From positions 73,875-137,874 of the forward strand of contig JAHBVB010000001.1 of assembly GCA_019637805.1 (NCBI GenBank): a DNA stretch of 64,000 nt. The letters are read 5' to 3'. This document shows, in pieces, positions 53,441 through 62,486 of the stretch. Below the pieces are notes generated by a model that saw nothing but the letters and a program-made list of their open reading frames with translations, searched no databases and had not been told where the DNA came from. This stretch comes from Anaerolineales bacterium (GTDB lineage: Bacteria > Chloroflexota > Anaerolineae > Anaerolineales > UBA11579). Made by a program: the position numbers and the translations under genes. Each line of letters opens with the position of its first letter. Positions within the stretch are counted from its first letter, which is position 1.

Positions 53441-54897
53441 GCGCCGCCCCCGATCAGATGGCCCAGTTCGTTCAAGCTGGTCTGGCGCGCGTCCAGCAGG
53501 CGCGACATGCGCCCACCAGAGAAGACCGCGATGCGGTCACTGCGCTCCAAGAGCTCGTCCAGGTCGGCGGAGAGGAACAGGATGGCGGCGCCCTCGCGGC
53601 GGCGCTGATCCAACTGCTGCCAGATCCAATCGCTGGAGCGCAGGTCCAGGCCGCGAGTGGGATGCTCGGCCAGGATCAACTGCGCATCGTCGGGCAGCAG
53701 GCCAAACAAGACCCGCTGCTGGTTCCCACCGGAGAGTTCCTCCACCCGGCTGCCGGGCCGGGCGACGATCTGGTATTGCTTGATCCGTTGGCGGGTTTGG
53801 GAGCGGCTGGCGGCGCGGTCCACGAACAGGCCGTTCTGGCTGACCAGGGCCATGTGCTCCGCCAGGGTCATGCCGCTGACCAGGCCTTCTTCCAGGCGGC
53901 CAGCGGCCAGGTAATGCAGGCCCAGTTTGCGGGCGGTCAAATAGTCCAGGCGGGGCTGCCGCTGGCCCGCCAGGCGCAGCTCGCCGCCGGCCAGCGGAAG
54001 CAGGCCGGCGCAGGCCCGCAGCAGCAGTTCCTGCCCGTTGCCATCCAGGCCGGCCAGACCCAGCACTTCGCCGGCGTGCAGGCTGAGGTCCACGGGTTGC
54101 AGCTCCAGGCGCGGCGTGCGCACCACCAGGTCACGCAACTCCAATTGGGGTGTGCCCGCCGCCGGGCGCGGCCGGAGGGGGCGCTGGGGCAGTTCGGCAA
54201 ACATCAGGTTCACCAGCTTCCGGCTGGGGCAAGGCAGCTTGGCGCCGCCCACATAGTCGCCCTGGCGCAGCACGATGGCCTGGTCGCACAGCTCCTGCAC
54301 TTCTTCCAGCTTATGCGACACCAAGATGAGGGTTTTGCGCTCCTTGCGGGCCAGGTCACGCAGGGAATTGAACAATACGGTCTTCTGGTCAGCGCTGATG
54401 CCGGTGGTCGGCTCGTCCAGGATCAGCAACTGCGCGCCGCCCGAGAGCAGGCGCAGCAGTTCCAGCTGTTGGCGCTCGCCCAGGCTGAGGTCCTCGATGC
54501 GCTCGTGTGGATGGATTTCAAAACCATAGCGCTGGCCCAATTGGCGCAGCTGGTCCGCGGCGTGCCGCCGCGGGATCGCCAGGCCGCCCGGCCGGCCGAG
54601 CAGGTAGTTTTCCAACACGGTGAAGGGCGGCACATCCAGCGGGTCCTGGTAGAGCATGCCGATGCCGGCCGCCAGCGCATCCAGCGGGGAGCGGAATTGC
54701 TGGGGCACAGCGTCCAGAAGAATGCGGCCGCTGTCCGGCGTTTGGTAGCCGGAGAGGATCTTCATCAGCGTGCTTTTGCCTGCCCCGTTCTCGCCGAGCA
54801 ACCCGTAGATCCGCCCGGCTTCAAAGGTGAGGCTGATGCCCCGGTTGGCTTGCACTGGGCCAAAACTTTTAGAGATCTTGTCGAGTTCTACGCGCAT
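53437..54897 (-). CDS. ABC transporter ATP-binding protein (tandem ATPase domains)
   Basis: GLLGENGAGKSTLMKIL, LSLGERQQLELLRLL and a second NBD with LSGGNQQRV. Confidence 0.9.
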   Translation of the reverse strand: MRVELDKISKSFGPVQANRGISLTFEAGRIYGLLGENGAGKSTLMKILSGYQTPDSGRILLDAVPQQFRSPLDALAAGIGMLYQDPLDVPPFTVLENYLLGRPGGLAIPRRHAADQLRQLGQRYGFEIHPHERIEDLSLGERQQLELLRLLSGGAQLLILDEPTTGISADQKTVLFNSLRDLARKERKTLILVSHKLEEVQELCDQAIVLRQGDYVGGAKLPCPSRKLVNLMFAELPQRPLRPRPAAGTPQLELRDLVVRTPRLELQPVDLSLHAGEVLGLAGLDGNGQELLLRACAGLLPLAGGELRLAGQRQPRLDYLTARKLGLHYLAAGRLEEGLVSGMTLAEHMALVSQNGLFVDRAASRSQTRQRIKQYQIVARPGSRVEELSGGNQQRVLFGLLPDDAQLILAEHPTRGLDLRSSDWIWQQLDQRRREGAAILFLSADLDELLERSDRIAVFSGGRMSRLLDARQTSLNELGHLIGGGA

Positions 54898-54924
54898 GGC
54901 TTACCTGCACCTCAGCGGAAAGAA

Positions 54925-54962
54925 AAGCAGACCTGGGGCTCAATTGAGCCCCAGGTCTGCTT
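54925..54962 (-). promoter_or_regulatory. intercistronic 17-bp hairpin between binding-protein and ATPase genes
   Basis: AAGCAGACCTGGGGCTC-AATT-GAGCCCCAGGTCTGCTT. Confidence 0.6.
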
Positions 54963-54973
54963 GGGGAAATGCG

Positions 54974-56179
54974 TTATTGGCTCTCGCCCATGCCCTGCAG
55001 CAAGGCGGGCAGGTACCAGATCTGCTCGTCGGTGGCGCTTTGGCCGGCAGCCACATACACGGTACCGTCGCGCAGGTTGACCGGGCCGGCCCACAGGTCC
55101 ACTTCGCCAGCCGCTAGCTTGGCGATGAAGTCGTGCAGGTCGCTTGCGGCCTGGCCTTGCAGCGCCGGGCCGTCCAACCAACCCACATCGGTCTGGCCGG
55201 GGTCGGTCAGCGCGTCCCAGTTGGCGGCGTTCCAATCCCAGCTCTGCTCCCAAGTGCCAGCGGCCACGGACTCAGCCAGGGCCAGGTAGGCCGGACCCCA
55301 GCTAAAGAAGGGCACGCCCAGGCAGAAGGCCGGCGCGCTGTCGCAGGCGTTGAGATAGTCGTAGGGCACAGCCAGGATGGCTTCATCGGCGGCAGCGCGC
55401 TGGGCAGTGACGTCGATGGCTTCGGTGGTGTCAATGCCGCTCATGATCACGTCGACACCCGTATCGAAGAAGTTGTTGGCCACTTCGGTGGGGTCCAGGG
55501 TCACGCCCGGGATATTGAACCAGAAGCCGATCCAGGTCACGTCGAACTTAAGCGCTGCCGGATCCTCGCCGCGATAGGTTTCGTAGCAGTGGCGGGCGCC
55601 CAGGTAGGCCGAGGCGGTCAGGCGGATGGTCTCGTGGTTGATCAGCGGGCCGACATAGCCGATGTGGCCGGTTTGGGTATTGAGGGCTGCGGCGCAGCCG
55701 GCGATGGCCTTCATGTCTTCCATGCGGCCCATCACATTGCCCAGGTTGGCCGGGGCTTCACCGGTGCGAGCGTCATCCCCGGAGACATTAATGAAGACCA
55801 CTTCGGGATGGGAGGCAGCCACCGTAGTGGTGTCTTCCTCGAATTCGTCCGAAGTGGTGATGATCAGCTTGGCGCCCTGCTCCACCATATCGGCGACCAC
55901 ACTGGCCACCGTGGCTTCCGGCTTGTCAGCCGGGTTAAGGGACTCAAAGACGATCACCCGGCTGCCGGGCAGATGCTCTTCCACGAAGAGACCGCCTTCG
56001 TAGTGGGCCTGGCTCCAGCCATGATCGTTGCGCGGGCCTACCAGGATCAGGCCGATGGTCAGGCCTTCGGCGGCATCGTCGCCGGCAGCCGGATCCGGCT
56101 GGCTGGCCGCTGGGGCGCAGGCGCCCAGGATCAGGGTCAAGCTGAGCAGTACAGCAAATACAACCTTTTTATGAAACAT
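54974..56179 (-). CDS. BMP-family (Med/PnrA-like) ABC substrate-binding lipoprotein
   Basis: MFHKKVVFAVLLSLTLILGAC lipobox; GLILVGPRNDHGWSQAHYEG. I placed the start at ATG 56179, which follows GGAGGAAG. Confidence 0.85.
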   Translation of the reverse strand: MFHKKVVFAVLLSLTLILGACAPAASQPDPAAGDDAAEGLTIGLILVGPRNDHGWSQAHYEGGLFVEEHLPGSRVIVFESLNPADKPEATVASVVADMVEQGAKLIITTSDEFEEDTTTVAASHPEVVFINVSGDDARTGEAPANLGNVMGRMEDMKAIAGCAAALNTQTGHIGYVGPLINHETIRLTASAYLGARHCYETYRGEDPAALKFDVTWIGFWFNIPGVTLDPTEVANNFFDTGVDVIMSGIDTTEAIDVTAQRAAADEAILAVPYDYLNACDSAPAFCLGVPFFSWGPAYLALAESVAAGTWEQSWDWNAANWDALTDPGQTDVGWLDGPALQGQAASDLHDFIAKLAAGEVDLWAGPVNLRDGTVYVAAGQSATDEQIWYLPALLQGMGESQ

Positions 56180-56280
56180 CACTTCTTCCTCCGTTGGAAA
56201 TGGCGAATGCGCAAAAGGGTGGCGGTTTATCGGCTCTCCGGCGATCACCCCCCATCCTGCAGCGAGACCACCACGGGGCC

Positions 56281-56314
56281 AAAAAGAAACGCACCCTGGG
56301 CTTGCCAGGGTGCG
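56281..56314 (-). terminator. intrinsic terminator inside the ABC operon leader
   Basis: 10-bp stem CGCACCCTGG/CCAGGGTGCG with loop CAAGC, followed by TTTCTTTTT. It lies about 100 nt upstream of the ATG. Confidence 0.65.
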
Positions 56315-56440
56315 CCAATTTTCTTTGACACTCCTCCCCGAGAACCACTTCGGTTGGAGGTCAGCGTCCGCATTCAGCTACTCCGCGGGTGGTCTCACGA
56401 AAAATGTATCATATATGGGGGTAAAGGTCATCGTTACCGG

Positions 56441-56469
56441 AATATACAGGACAACGCGGCGGGTGTCAA
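56441..56469 (-). promoter_or_regulatory. near-consensus sigma70 promoter
   Basis: Minus strand: TTGACA (56469-56464), 17-nt spacer, TATATT (56446-56441). Confidence 0.6.
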
Positions 56470-56533
56470 GGGAGGCACCCCAAATTGGCCCGCTTTGGGC
56501 CAGGTCTAACCAAATTGCAGGCTGGCCACCAAG

Positions 56534-56539
56534 TAGAAT
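56534..56539 (+). promoter_or_regulatory. -10 box TAGAAT, leaderless start
   Basis: TAGAAT, then GGCCAC (6 nt), then ATG 56546. No SD. Confidence 0.4.
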
Positions 56540-56545
56540 GGCCAC

Positions 56546-57283
56546 ATGAAGCAGAACATGTACGATGACGAGGCTTTTTTCAGCAAATACAGCCAAATGA
56601 ACCGCTCGGTGCAAGGGCTGGCTGGCGCCGGGGAATGGCATACCCTGCAGCCCATGCTGCCAGACTTTGAGGGCAAAGCCGTGCTGGACCTGGGCTGCGG
56701 CTTTGGCTGGCACTGCCAATACGCCATCGAGCACGGCGCGGCCTCCGTGGTGGGCGTGGACATCTCAGAGAAAATGCTGGCTGTGGCTCGCGAAAAGACG
56801 TCCGGCGAGATCAAGTATGTATGCAGCCCGATCGAGGAGGCGGAGTTCGCCGAGGGTTCTTTTGATGCCGTGATCAGCTCTCTGGCCTTTCACTACCTGG
56901 CCTCATTTGACGACATTGCCGGGAAGGTGTGGACCTGGCTGAAACCCGGCGGGGACTTTGTCTTCTCGGCGGAACATCCGGTCTTCACAGCGCAGGGCAG
57001 CCAGGACTGGCAACGCGACGCACAGGGAATGATCGAGCATTTCCCCGTAGACAACTACTTTTACTCCGGCAAGCGAGAAGCCAACTTCCTGGGCGAGACG
57101 GTGATCAAGTACCACCGCACACTGACCGACTACTTCTCGGCGCTGCTGCAGAATGGCTTTGAGATCCGCGGTGTGGCCGAACCGCAGCCGAGTGCGGAGA
57201 TGCTGGCCAGCGTGGAGGGCATGCAAGACGAGCTGCGCCGCCCGATGATGCTGATCGTGGCCGCCCGAAAGACACCGGCCTAG
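56546..57283 (+). CDS. class I SAM-dependent methyltransferase
   Basis: VLDLGCGFGWH motif I, followed by VVGVDISEKML. Confidence 0.85.
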   Translation: MKQNMYDDEAFFSKYSQMNRSVQGLAGAGEWHTLQPMLPDFEGKAVLDLGCGFGWHCQYAIEHGAASVVGVDISEKMLAVAREKTSGEIKYVCSPIEEAEFAEGSFDAVISSLAFHYLASFDDIAGKVWTWLKPGGDFVFSAEHPVFTAQGSQDWQRDAQGMIEHFPVDNYFYSGKREANFLGETVIKYHRTLTDYFSALLQNGFEIRGVAEPQPSAEMLASVEGMQDELRRPMMLIVAARKTPA

Positions 57284-58632
57284 ATATTCAGGGTCAGCTT
57301 GGCGATCACCAGATAAATCGCCAGGCCGGTGGCGTCCACCAGGGTGGTGATGAGCGGCGCCGAAACCGCGGCAGGGTCGATCTTGAAGTGTTTGGCCAGC
57401 AGGGGGATAAAGGCGGCAATGCCGTTGGCCCATACGCAGATGGTCAAAACACCCAAACCGACCGCCATGGCCAGGTCCGGCTCAGGGCTCCACAACAGCG
57501 CCCGCCCGTAGGCCACCAGGCCCAGCAGGGTGCCCAGAATGAGCCCGGTCAGCAATTCACGCTGGATGATGCGCCCCATGTGCTGCATGTGCAGCTCGCC
57601 AGTCGCCAGGCCGCGGATCAGCGTGGAGACGGTCTGGGCGCCGGTATTGCCGCCTGTGCCGATCAGCAGGGGGATGAAGAAGGACAGGGCCACCACGGCG
57701 GCCAGTTCCTTTTCGAAGAACTGCAGCACAGAGGCGGTCATGGTGCCGGCGACAAACAGCAGCAGCAGCCAGCCCACCCGGCGGGTGACCACCGTCCAGA
57801 CGGGGACGCTGAAGTAGGCTTCGGCCTCCACGCCGCTCTGCACCGCGCCAAACTTGAGCAGATCCTCAGCGTGCTCGGCCGCCAGCACATCGATTACATC
57901 ATCGGCGGTGATGATGCCCAGGATGCGGTTGTCGGCATCCACCACGGGCATGGCCAGGAAGTCGTAGCGCGAGAGCAGCTTGGCGACCTCTTCCCGGTCG
58001 GTTTCAGGCAAGACGCTGATCACTTGGCGGTTCATCAGCCGGGCGATCTTGGCAGTTGGCGCGGCAATGACCAGCTCACGCAAGGAGAGCACGCCCAACA
58101 GACCGTCAGCGCCATCCACCACGTAGAGGTTGGTGAGCGTCTCGACCTTGCGTGAGATCTTACGCAGGTGGGCCAAGGCCTGGCTGGCGGTCATCTGCGG
58201 GTCCAGGCGGGCAAACTGCTCGGTCATCATTTGCCCGGCGGACTCGGCCGGGAAGCTGAGCAGGCGCTGCACATCGGCGCGCTGGCGTGGGGCCAGGGCG
58301 GCCAGAATGGCAGCCCGCCGGCGCTGCAGCACGCCCACCGCGTGGGCGGCTTCGTCCATCGGCAAGAGGTTCAGGATGGCGGCGGCTTGGGCGACAGGCA
58401 GCTCATCCAGCACGCTGCGCACGGCCTGGGGGCCGAGCTCATGCAGCACTTCGGCCTGATCGGCAGGGCTGAGCAGGCCGAAGACCAGATTGCGCTGGGC
58501 GGCGGGCAAATGCTCCAGGGCCTCGGCCAGGTCGGCGGGGTATTGCTTCTTCAGCAGACGGCGCAACCCACTCAGGTTGCCGGTTTGCAGGTGGGTACGC
58601 AGGGTTTCATATAAGTTCTGTGTGTTTGGCAT
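57280..58632 (-). CDS. mgtE: magnesium transporter MgtE
   Basis: N-domain, tandem CBS (VISVLPETDREEVAKLLSRYDFLAMPVVD) and a 5-TM channel domain with GNTGAQ. I placed the start at MPNTQ (58632). Confidence 0.9.
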   Translation of the reverse strand: MPNTQNLYETLRTHLQTGNLSGLRRLLKKQYPADLAEALEHLPAAQRNLVFGLLSPADQAEVLHELGPQAVRSVLDELPVAQAAAILNLLPMDEAAHAVGVLQRRRAAILAALAPRQRADVQRLLSFPAESAGQMMTEQFARLDPQMTASQALAHLRKISRKVETLTNLYVVDGADGLLGVLSLRELVIAAPTAKIARLMNRQVISVLPETDREEVAKLLSRYDFLAMPVVDADNRILGIITADDVIDVLAAEHAEDLLKFGAVQSGVEAEAYFSVPVWTVVTRRVGWLLLLFVAGTMTASVLQFFEKELAAVVALSFFIPLLIGTGGNTGAQTVSTLIRGLATGELHMQHMGRIIQRELLTGLILGTLLGLVAYGRALLWSPEPDLAMAVGLGVLTICVWANGIAAFIPLLAKHFKIDPAAVSAPLITTLVDATGLAIYLVIAKLTLNI

Positions 58633-58767
58633 GGCGTATTCCTTCGGCTGTGGCCCATTGTAGCCATACTGCCGCCTTCTCACCCGCAATCGCGGGGATT
58701 GCCAGACCGACCAGATTGGGGGCGTATAATTGGCTTAACATCATCCAAAAACCCAAGGACGGAATCG

Positions 58768-60351
58768 ATGACCCAAAACCCCTCAGCGACTGCCAACCTG
58801 GACCTTAGCAAAGCCCACCAGAACCTGAGTGTCCCCGAAGTATATGAGCACGCAGTGAAAGCCGGTGCGGTGCAGCTCACCGCCGACGGCCCTTTCAATG
58901 CGGTCACCAGCCCGCACACCGGCCGCTCACCCAAGGACAAGTTCACGGTGCGTGAAACGGCTACGGAACAGGACGTGCACTGGGGCCAGATCAATGTACC
59001 CTTCGACGAGGAAAAGTTCAATTTGATGCACCAGAAGGTGCTGGCCTACCTGGAAGAACGTCCCGCAATCTACACTCGGGACGTTTTCGCGTGTGCAGAC
59101 CCTGCCTACCGCATGCCAGTGCGCTTCGTCTCCGAATCGGCCTGGCACATGTTGTTCGTCAACAACATGTTCATCCGCCCTTCGGCTGAACAACTGAAAG
59201 ACTTTGAACCGGAGTTCACCGTACTGCACGCGCCGGAAATGCAGGCCGACCCAGAAACGGACGGGACGCGCAGCGGCACTTTCATCCTGGTGCACCTGAC
59301 CAAGAAACTGGTGCTGATCGGCGGCACACGCTATGCCGGGGAACTGAAGAAATCCATCTTCAGCGCGCTGAACTATCTGCTACCCAAGCAGGGCGTGCTT
59401 TCGATGCACTGCTCGGCCAATGTGGGCGCCGATCGCAGCACGGCGCTGTTCTTCGGCCTGTCCGGCACGGGCAAGACCACGCTTTCGGCCGACCCGGACC
59501 GGGCGCTAATCGGCGACGACGAGCACGGCTGGAGCGACAACGGCGTCTTCAACCTGGAAGGCGGCTGCTACGCCAAAGTGATCAAACTCTCGGCGGAGGC
59601 GGAGCCGGACATTTATGCCGCATCGCACCGCTTCGGCACCGTGCTGGAGAATGTGGTGCTCAACCCGGACCGTACGCCGGACCTGGACAGCGACAACATC
59701 ACCGAGAACACTCGGGCCGCCTACCCGATCCACTTCAACTCCAACACCGACAAAGACGGCATGGCCGGACACCCCAACCACATCGTCTTCCTCAGCGCAG
59801 ACGCCTGGGGCGTGCTGCCGCCGATCGCCAAGCTGACCCCGGAGCAGGCCATGTACTATTTCCTCTCCGGCTACACGGCCAAGCTGGCCGGCACCGAGCG
59901 CGGTGTGACCGAGCCGGAAGCCACTTTTTCGGCCTGCTTCGGCGAGGTCTTCATGGTTTGGGACCCCACCGTGTATGCGGAGATGCTGGCCGAGAAAATG
60001 GCCAAGCACAAGTCGCAGGCCTGGCTGGTGAACACCGGCTGGTCCGGCGGGCCGTATGGGGTGGGCAAGCGCATGAAGCTGGGCTTCACACGGGCGATGG
60101 TGCGCGCCGCGGTGGATGGGCGGTTGAACGACACCCCCACGGAGACCGAACCGGTCTTCGGCCTGGCGATCCCCAAGGCAGTGCCGGATGTGCCCAGTGA
60201 GGTCCTGGTGCCGCGCAGCACCTGGGCCGACCCCGCGGCCTACGACGAGCAGGCCGCCAAGCTGGCGCAGCTCTTCCATGAGAATTTCAAGCGCTTCGAA
60301 GCGAGCGCCTCAGACGCCATCAAAGGCGCTGGGCCGCTGGCAGGACGCTAA
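58768..60351 (+). CDS. pckA: phosphoenolpyruvate carboxykinase (ATP)
   Basis: TSPHTGRSPKDKF, FFGLSGTGKTTLS, IGDDEHGW. ATG 58768 is in frame with track ORF 58699. A TATAAT lies at 58725-58730. Confidence 0.95.
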   Translation: MTQNPSATANLDLSKAHQNLSVPEVYEHAVKAGAVQLTADGPFNAVTSPHTGRSPKDKFTVRETATEQDVHWGQINVPFDEEKFNLMHQKVLAYLEERPAIYTRDVFACADPAYRMPVRFVSESAWHMLFVNNMFIRPSAEQLKDFEPEFTVLHAPEMQADPETDGTRSGTFILVHLTKKLVLIGGTRYAGELKKSIFSALNYLLPKQGVLSMHCSANVGADRSTALFFGLSGTGKTTLSADPDRALIGDDEHGWSDNGVFNLEGGCYAKVIKLSAEAEPDIYAASHRFGTVLENVVLNPDRTPDLDSDNITENTRAAYPIHFNSNTDKDGMAGHPNHIVFLSADAWGVLPPIAKLTPEQAMYYFLSGYTAKLAGTERGVTEPEATFSACFGEVFMVWDPTVYAEMLAEKMAKHKSQAWLVNTGWSGGPYGVGKRMKLGFTRAMVRAAVDGRLNDTPTETEPVFGLAIPKAVPDVPSEVLVPRSTWADPAAYDEQAAKLAQLFHENFKRFEASASDAIKGAGPLAGR

Positions 60352-60356
60352 ACTCT

Positions 60357-60386
60357 AAAAAGCCTCCGAAATTCGGAGGCTTTTTT
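60357..60386 (+). terminator. intrinsic terminator
   Basis: GCCTCCGA-AAT-TCGGAGGC followed by T6. Confidence 0.8.
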
Positions 60387-60485
60387 GTTTTGCTTCTGTC
60401 TGAAAAAACCGCCTGAAGCGACTGAATTTTTTGGTGGCTTTTGCTTTATACTGCTCAAACATTGTTAGTAATGAGGAGATTTCTC

Positions 60486-61316
60486 ATGATCGGTATCAAT
60501 CCCCGCGGCCTGCTGGTCGCAACCGCCACAATGCTGGCCATCTTGTTGGCGGCCTGCAGCTCCGGCAATGCCCAATCCGAGAACCTGGCGGCCACGGAGC
60601 GTGCGCTCAGTGCGACCCAACAGGCGTTGGAGGCGCAGCAACAGCGCCAGTCGGACCAGCAGCAACCCCAGCGCGGCCTGGGTGCGCCGGCTACCGAAGA
60701 GGTACAGGAAGAAGAACAGCAGCAAGAGCAGGAACAGGAAGCCCCCGCAGTGACGGACAAGGGGCCGTACTACGTGGAGGAATTTTCTGAGCCGCCTATG
60801 GATTGGACCTATTACCTGCTCAGCGGCGACTCCAGGGACTTCCAGCTCTACACCGAGCGCGACCGCCTGGTGTTCGACATCAAAGGCGAATACATCTGGG
60901 CCTATTACACCTATGACAATTACACTTATGGCGATGTGCGCGTGGACTTCCGCGCCAAGAACCTGGGGAATAACAACAACAACGTCAGCCTGATCTGCCG
61001 GGTAAGTGAGCGCGGCTGGTATGAGTTCAATGTAGCCAACAACGGCCTCTACGCCATTTACCGCTACACAGTCAGCGACAACAACTTCCGCGAGCTGTAC
61101 AGCGGCGGTGTGGCCAATATGCGGATTGGCAAGGAAACCAACGACTACACCATGATCTGCAAAGGCAACCGCCTGACGCTGGGGATGAATGGCGTGGAGA
61201 TCCGCACGATCGAAGACAACTTGTTCGAAGAGGGCTTCGCGGGGGTGGGCGTGTCATCCTTTGACGGAACGCCGGTGCTGGTGGAGATGGAGTACGTGGA
61301 GATCTCGCAGCCGTAA
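60486..61316 (+). CDS. hypothetical lipoprotein with Gln/Glu-rich linker and lectin/jelly-roll-like C-terminal domain
   Basis: GAGGAG RBS then ATG 60486. Lipobox LLAAC. The QQALEAQQQRQSDQQQPQ linker is low complexity. Confidence 0.45.
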   Translation: MIGINPRGLLVATATMLAILLAACSSGNAQSENLAATERALSATQQALEAQQQRQSDQQQPQRGLGAPATEEVQEEEQQQEQEQEAPAVTDKGPYYVEEFSEPPMDWTYYLLSGDSRDFQLYTERDRLVFDIKGEYIWAYYTYDNYTYGDVRVDFRAKNLGNNNNNVSLICRVSERGWYEFNVANNGLYAIYRYTVSDNNFRELYSGGVANMRIGKETNDYTMICKGNRLTLGMNGVEIRTIEDNLFEEGFAGVGVSSFDGTPVLVEMEYVEISQP

Positions 61317-61342
61317 AAGCTGTTCTCCTTCAAGAAGAATAG

Positions 61343-61375
61343 AAAAAGCTCTTCGCTTTGGCGAAGAGCTTTTTA
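61343..61375. terminator. bidirectional intrinsic terminator
   Basis: A5-GCTCTTCGC-TTTG-GCGAAGAGC-T5. Confidence 0.8.
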
Positions 61376-61394
61376 TTAACCACCGAAGACGCGC

Positions 61395-62351
61395 TCAGGA
61401 CGACACTAGGCGCACGACTTCCTGCGCGCAGCCCCAGCTGAGCGTGAAGCCCGCCCCGCCGTGGCCGTAGTTGTGGATCAGCTGCTGGTCGCCGGGCAGC
61501 CGCTCCGCCTCCAGGCGTACGCTGGGGCGCACCGGGCGCAAGCCGACGCCTTCGGCGAGGATCTCGACCTGGGCGAAGGCCGGGTGCAAGGCAGCGGCTT
61601 TACGTAAGATGTCTTCTCGGTCGCTGGCGCGCGGGTCGGTCTCCCAATCATTTGCCTGGGCCGTACCCCCCAGCACAATGTCCGCGCTGCGCGGGATGAT
61701 GTAGCCCAGCGAATTGGGGCCTTCGTCGTCCAAGATCGAGTGCTGCACACCGTTGGGGCGCACCTTGAGCGTTTGCCCGCGCACGGGATAGAGGCTGTCA
61801 TCGCTCGCCAGTTGGCGGGCGCCCAGCCCGGTGCAGTTGACCACCACATCGGCGACCGCCAATGCTTCATCGACATGCTGGACGTCTTTCTGTTGCAGCT
61901 CGCCGCCCAGACGCCGGAACCAGGCCACCAGGTAGTCCATGTAGAGGCTGGTGTCGATGACCACCGACTCGGTCTCGAAGCCGTCCTGGTAGCCGGCGGG
62001 CAGGCGGGTCGGGTCCAGGCGGCGGTAGACGCCGCCGGCCGCGGCAGCCCACCACGGCTCCGTCACGGGGTGAGCATAAAGATCATGCACCACTGTCGGC
62101 CGGCAGCCGCTGGCCGGGTCCGGCAGCAGCTGCTGGCGGAAGAAGGCCAGGGAGTGCGCCGCCCAGGCGTTGACCCGCTCCAGCGGCTTGGCCAGGTAGG
62201 GGAACCACAGGGCGGCCGCCTGGTTGGAGGTGGTGTGCGGCGGCAGCTCACGCGCCCACAGGGTCACCGGCCGCCCAGCTTGCAGCAGCAGGATGCCGGT
62301 GGACAGGCCGGAGACGCCGGCGCCAAGCACGAGGGCGGGTTTGGCAGGCAT
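61395..62351 (-). CDS. FAD-dependent D-amino-acid oxidase family protein
   Basis: LVLGAGVSGLSTG dinucleotide fold and C-terminal HNYGHGGAGFTLSWG. Confidence 0.8.
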   Translation of the reverse strand: MPAKPALVLGAGVSGLSTGILLLQAGRPVTLWARELPPHTTSNQAAALWFPYLAKPLERVNAWAAHSLAFFRQQLLPDPASGCRPTVVHDLYAHPVTEPWWAAAAGGVYRRLDPTRLPAGYQDGFETESVVIDTSLYMDYLVAWFRRLGGELQQKDVQHVDEALAVADVVVNCTGLGARQLASDDSLYPVRGQTLKVRPNGVQHSILDDEGPNSLGYIIPRSADIVLGGTAQANDWETDPRASDREDILRKAAALHPAFAQVEILAEGVGLRPVRPSVRLEAERLPGDQQLIHNYGHGGAGFTLSWGCAQEVVRLVSS

Positions 62352-62373
62352 GGGGAAATTTTACGCTGAGACT

Positions 62374-62411
62374 GAACAAAAACGCACCGGTTGACCGGTG
62401 CGTTTTTGTTC
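62374..62411 (-). terminator. 17-bp hairpin downstream of tRNA-Arg
   Basis: GAACAAAAACGCACCGG-TTGA-CCGGTGCGTTTTTGTTC. Confidence 0.65.
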
Positions 62412-62413
62412 AG

Positions 62414-62486
62414 CGCGCCCAGAAGGATTCGAACCCTCAACCTACTGATCCGAAGTCAGTCGCTCTGTCCGTTGAGCTATGGGCGC
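62414..62486 (-). tRNA. tRNA-Arg (anticodon TCG)
   Basis: Reverse complement reads GCGCCCATAGCTCAACGGACAGAGCGACTGACTTCGGATCAGTAGGTTGAGGGTTCGAATCCTTCTGGGCGCG. Anticodon loop is CTTCGGA. Confidence 0.9.

Noticed and set aside
58633-58767. M-box (Mg2+) riboswitch upstream of mgtE.
   Set aside because: The divergent gap shared with the pckA promoter is only about 135 bp. I saw no M-box-like three-helix architecture or conserved motifs. It is too short once the promoters are accommodated.
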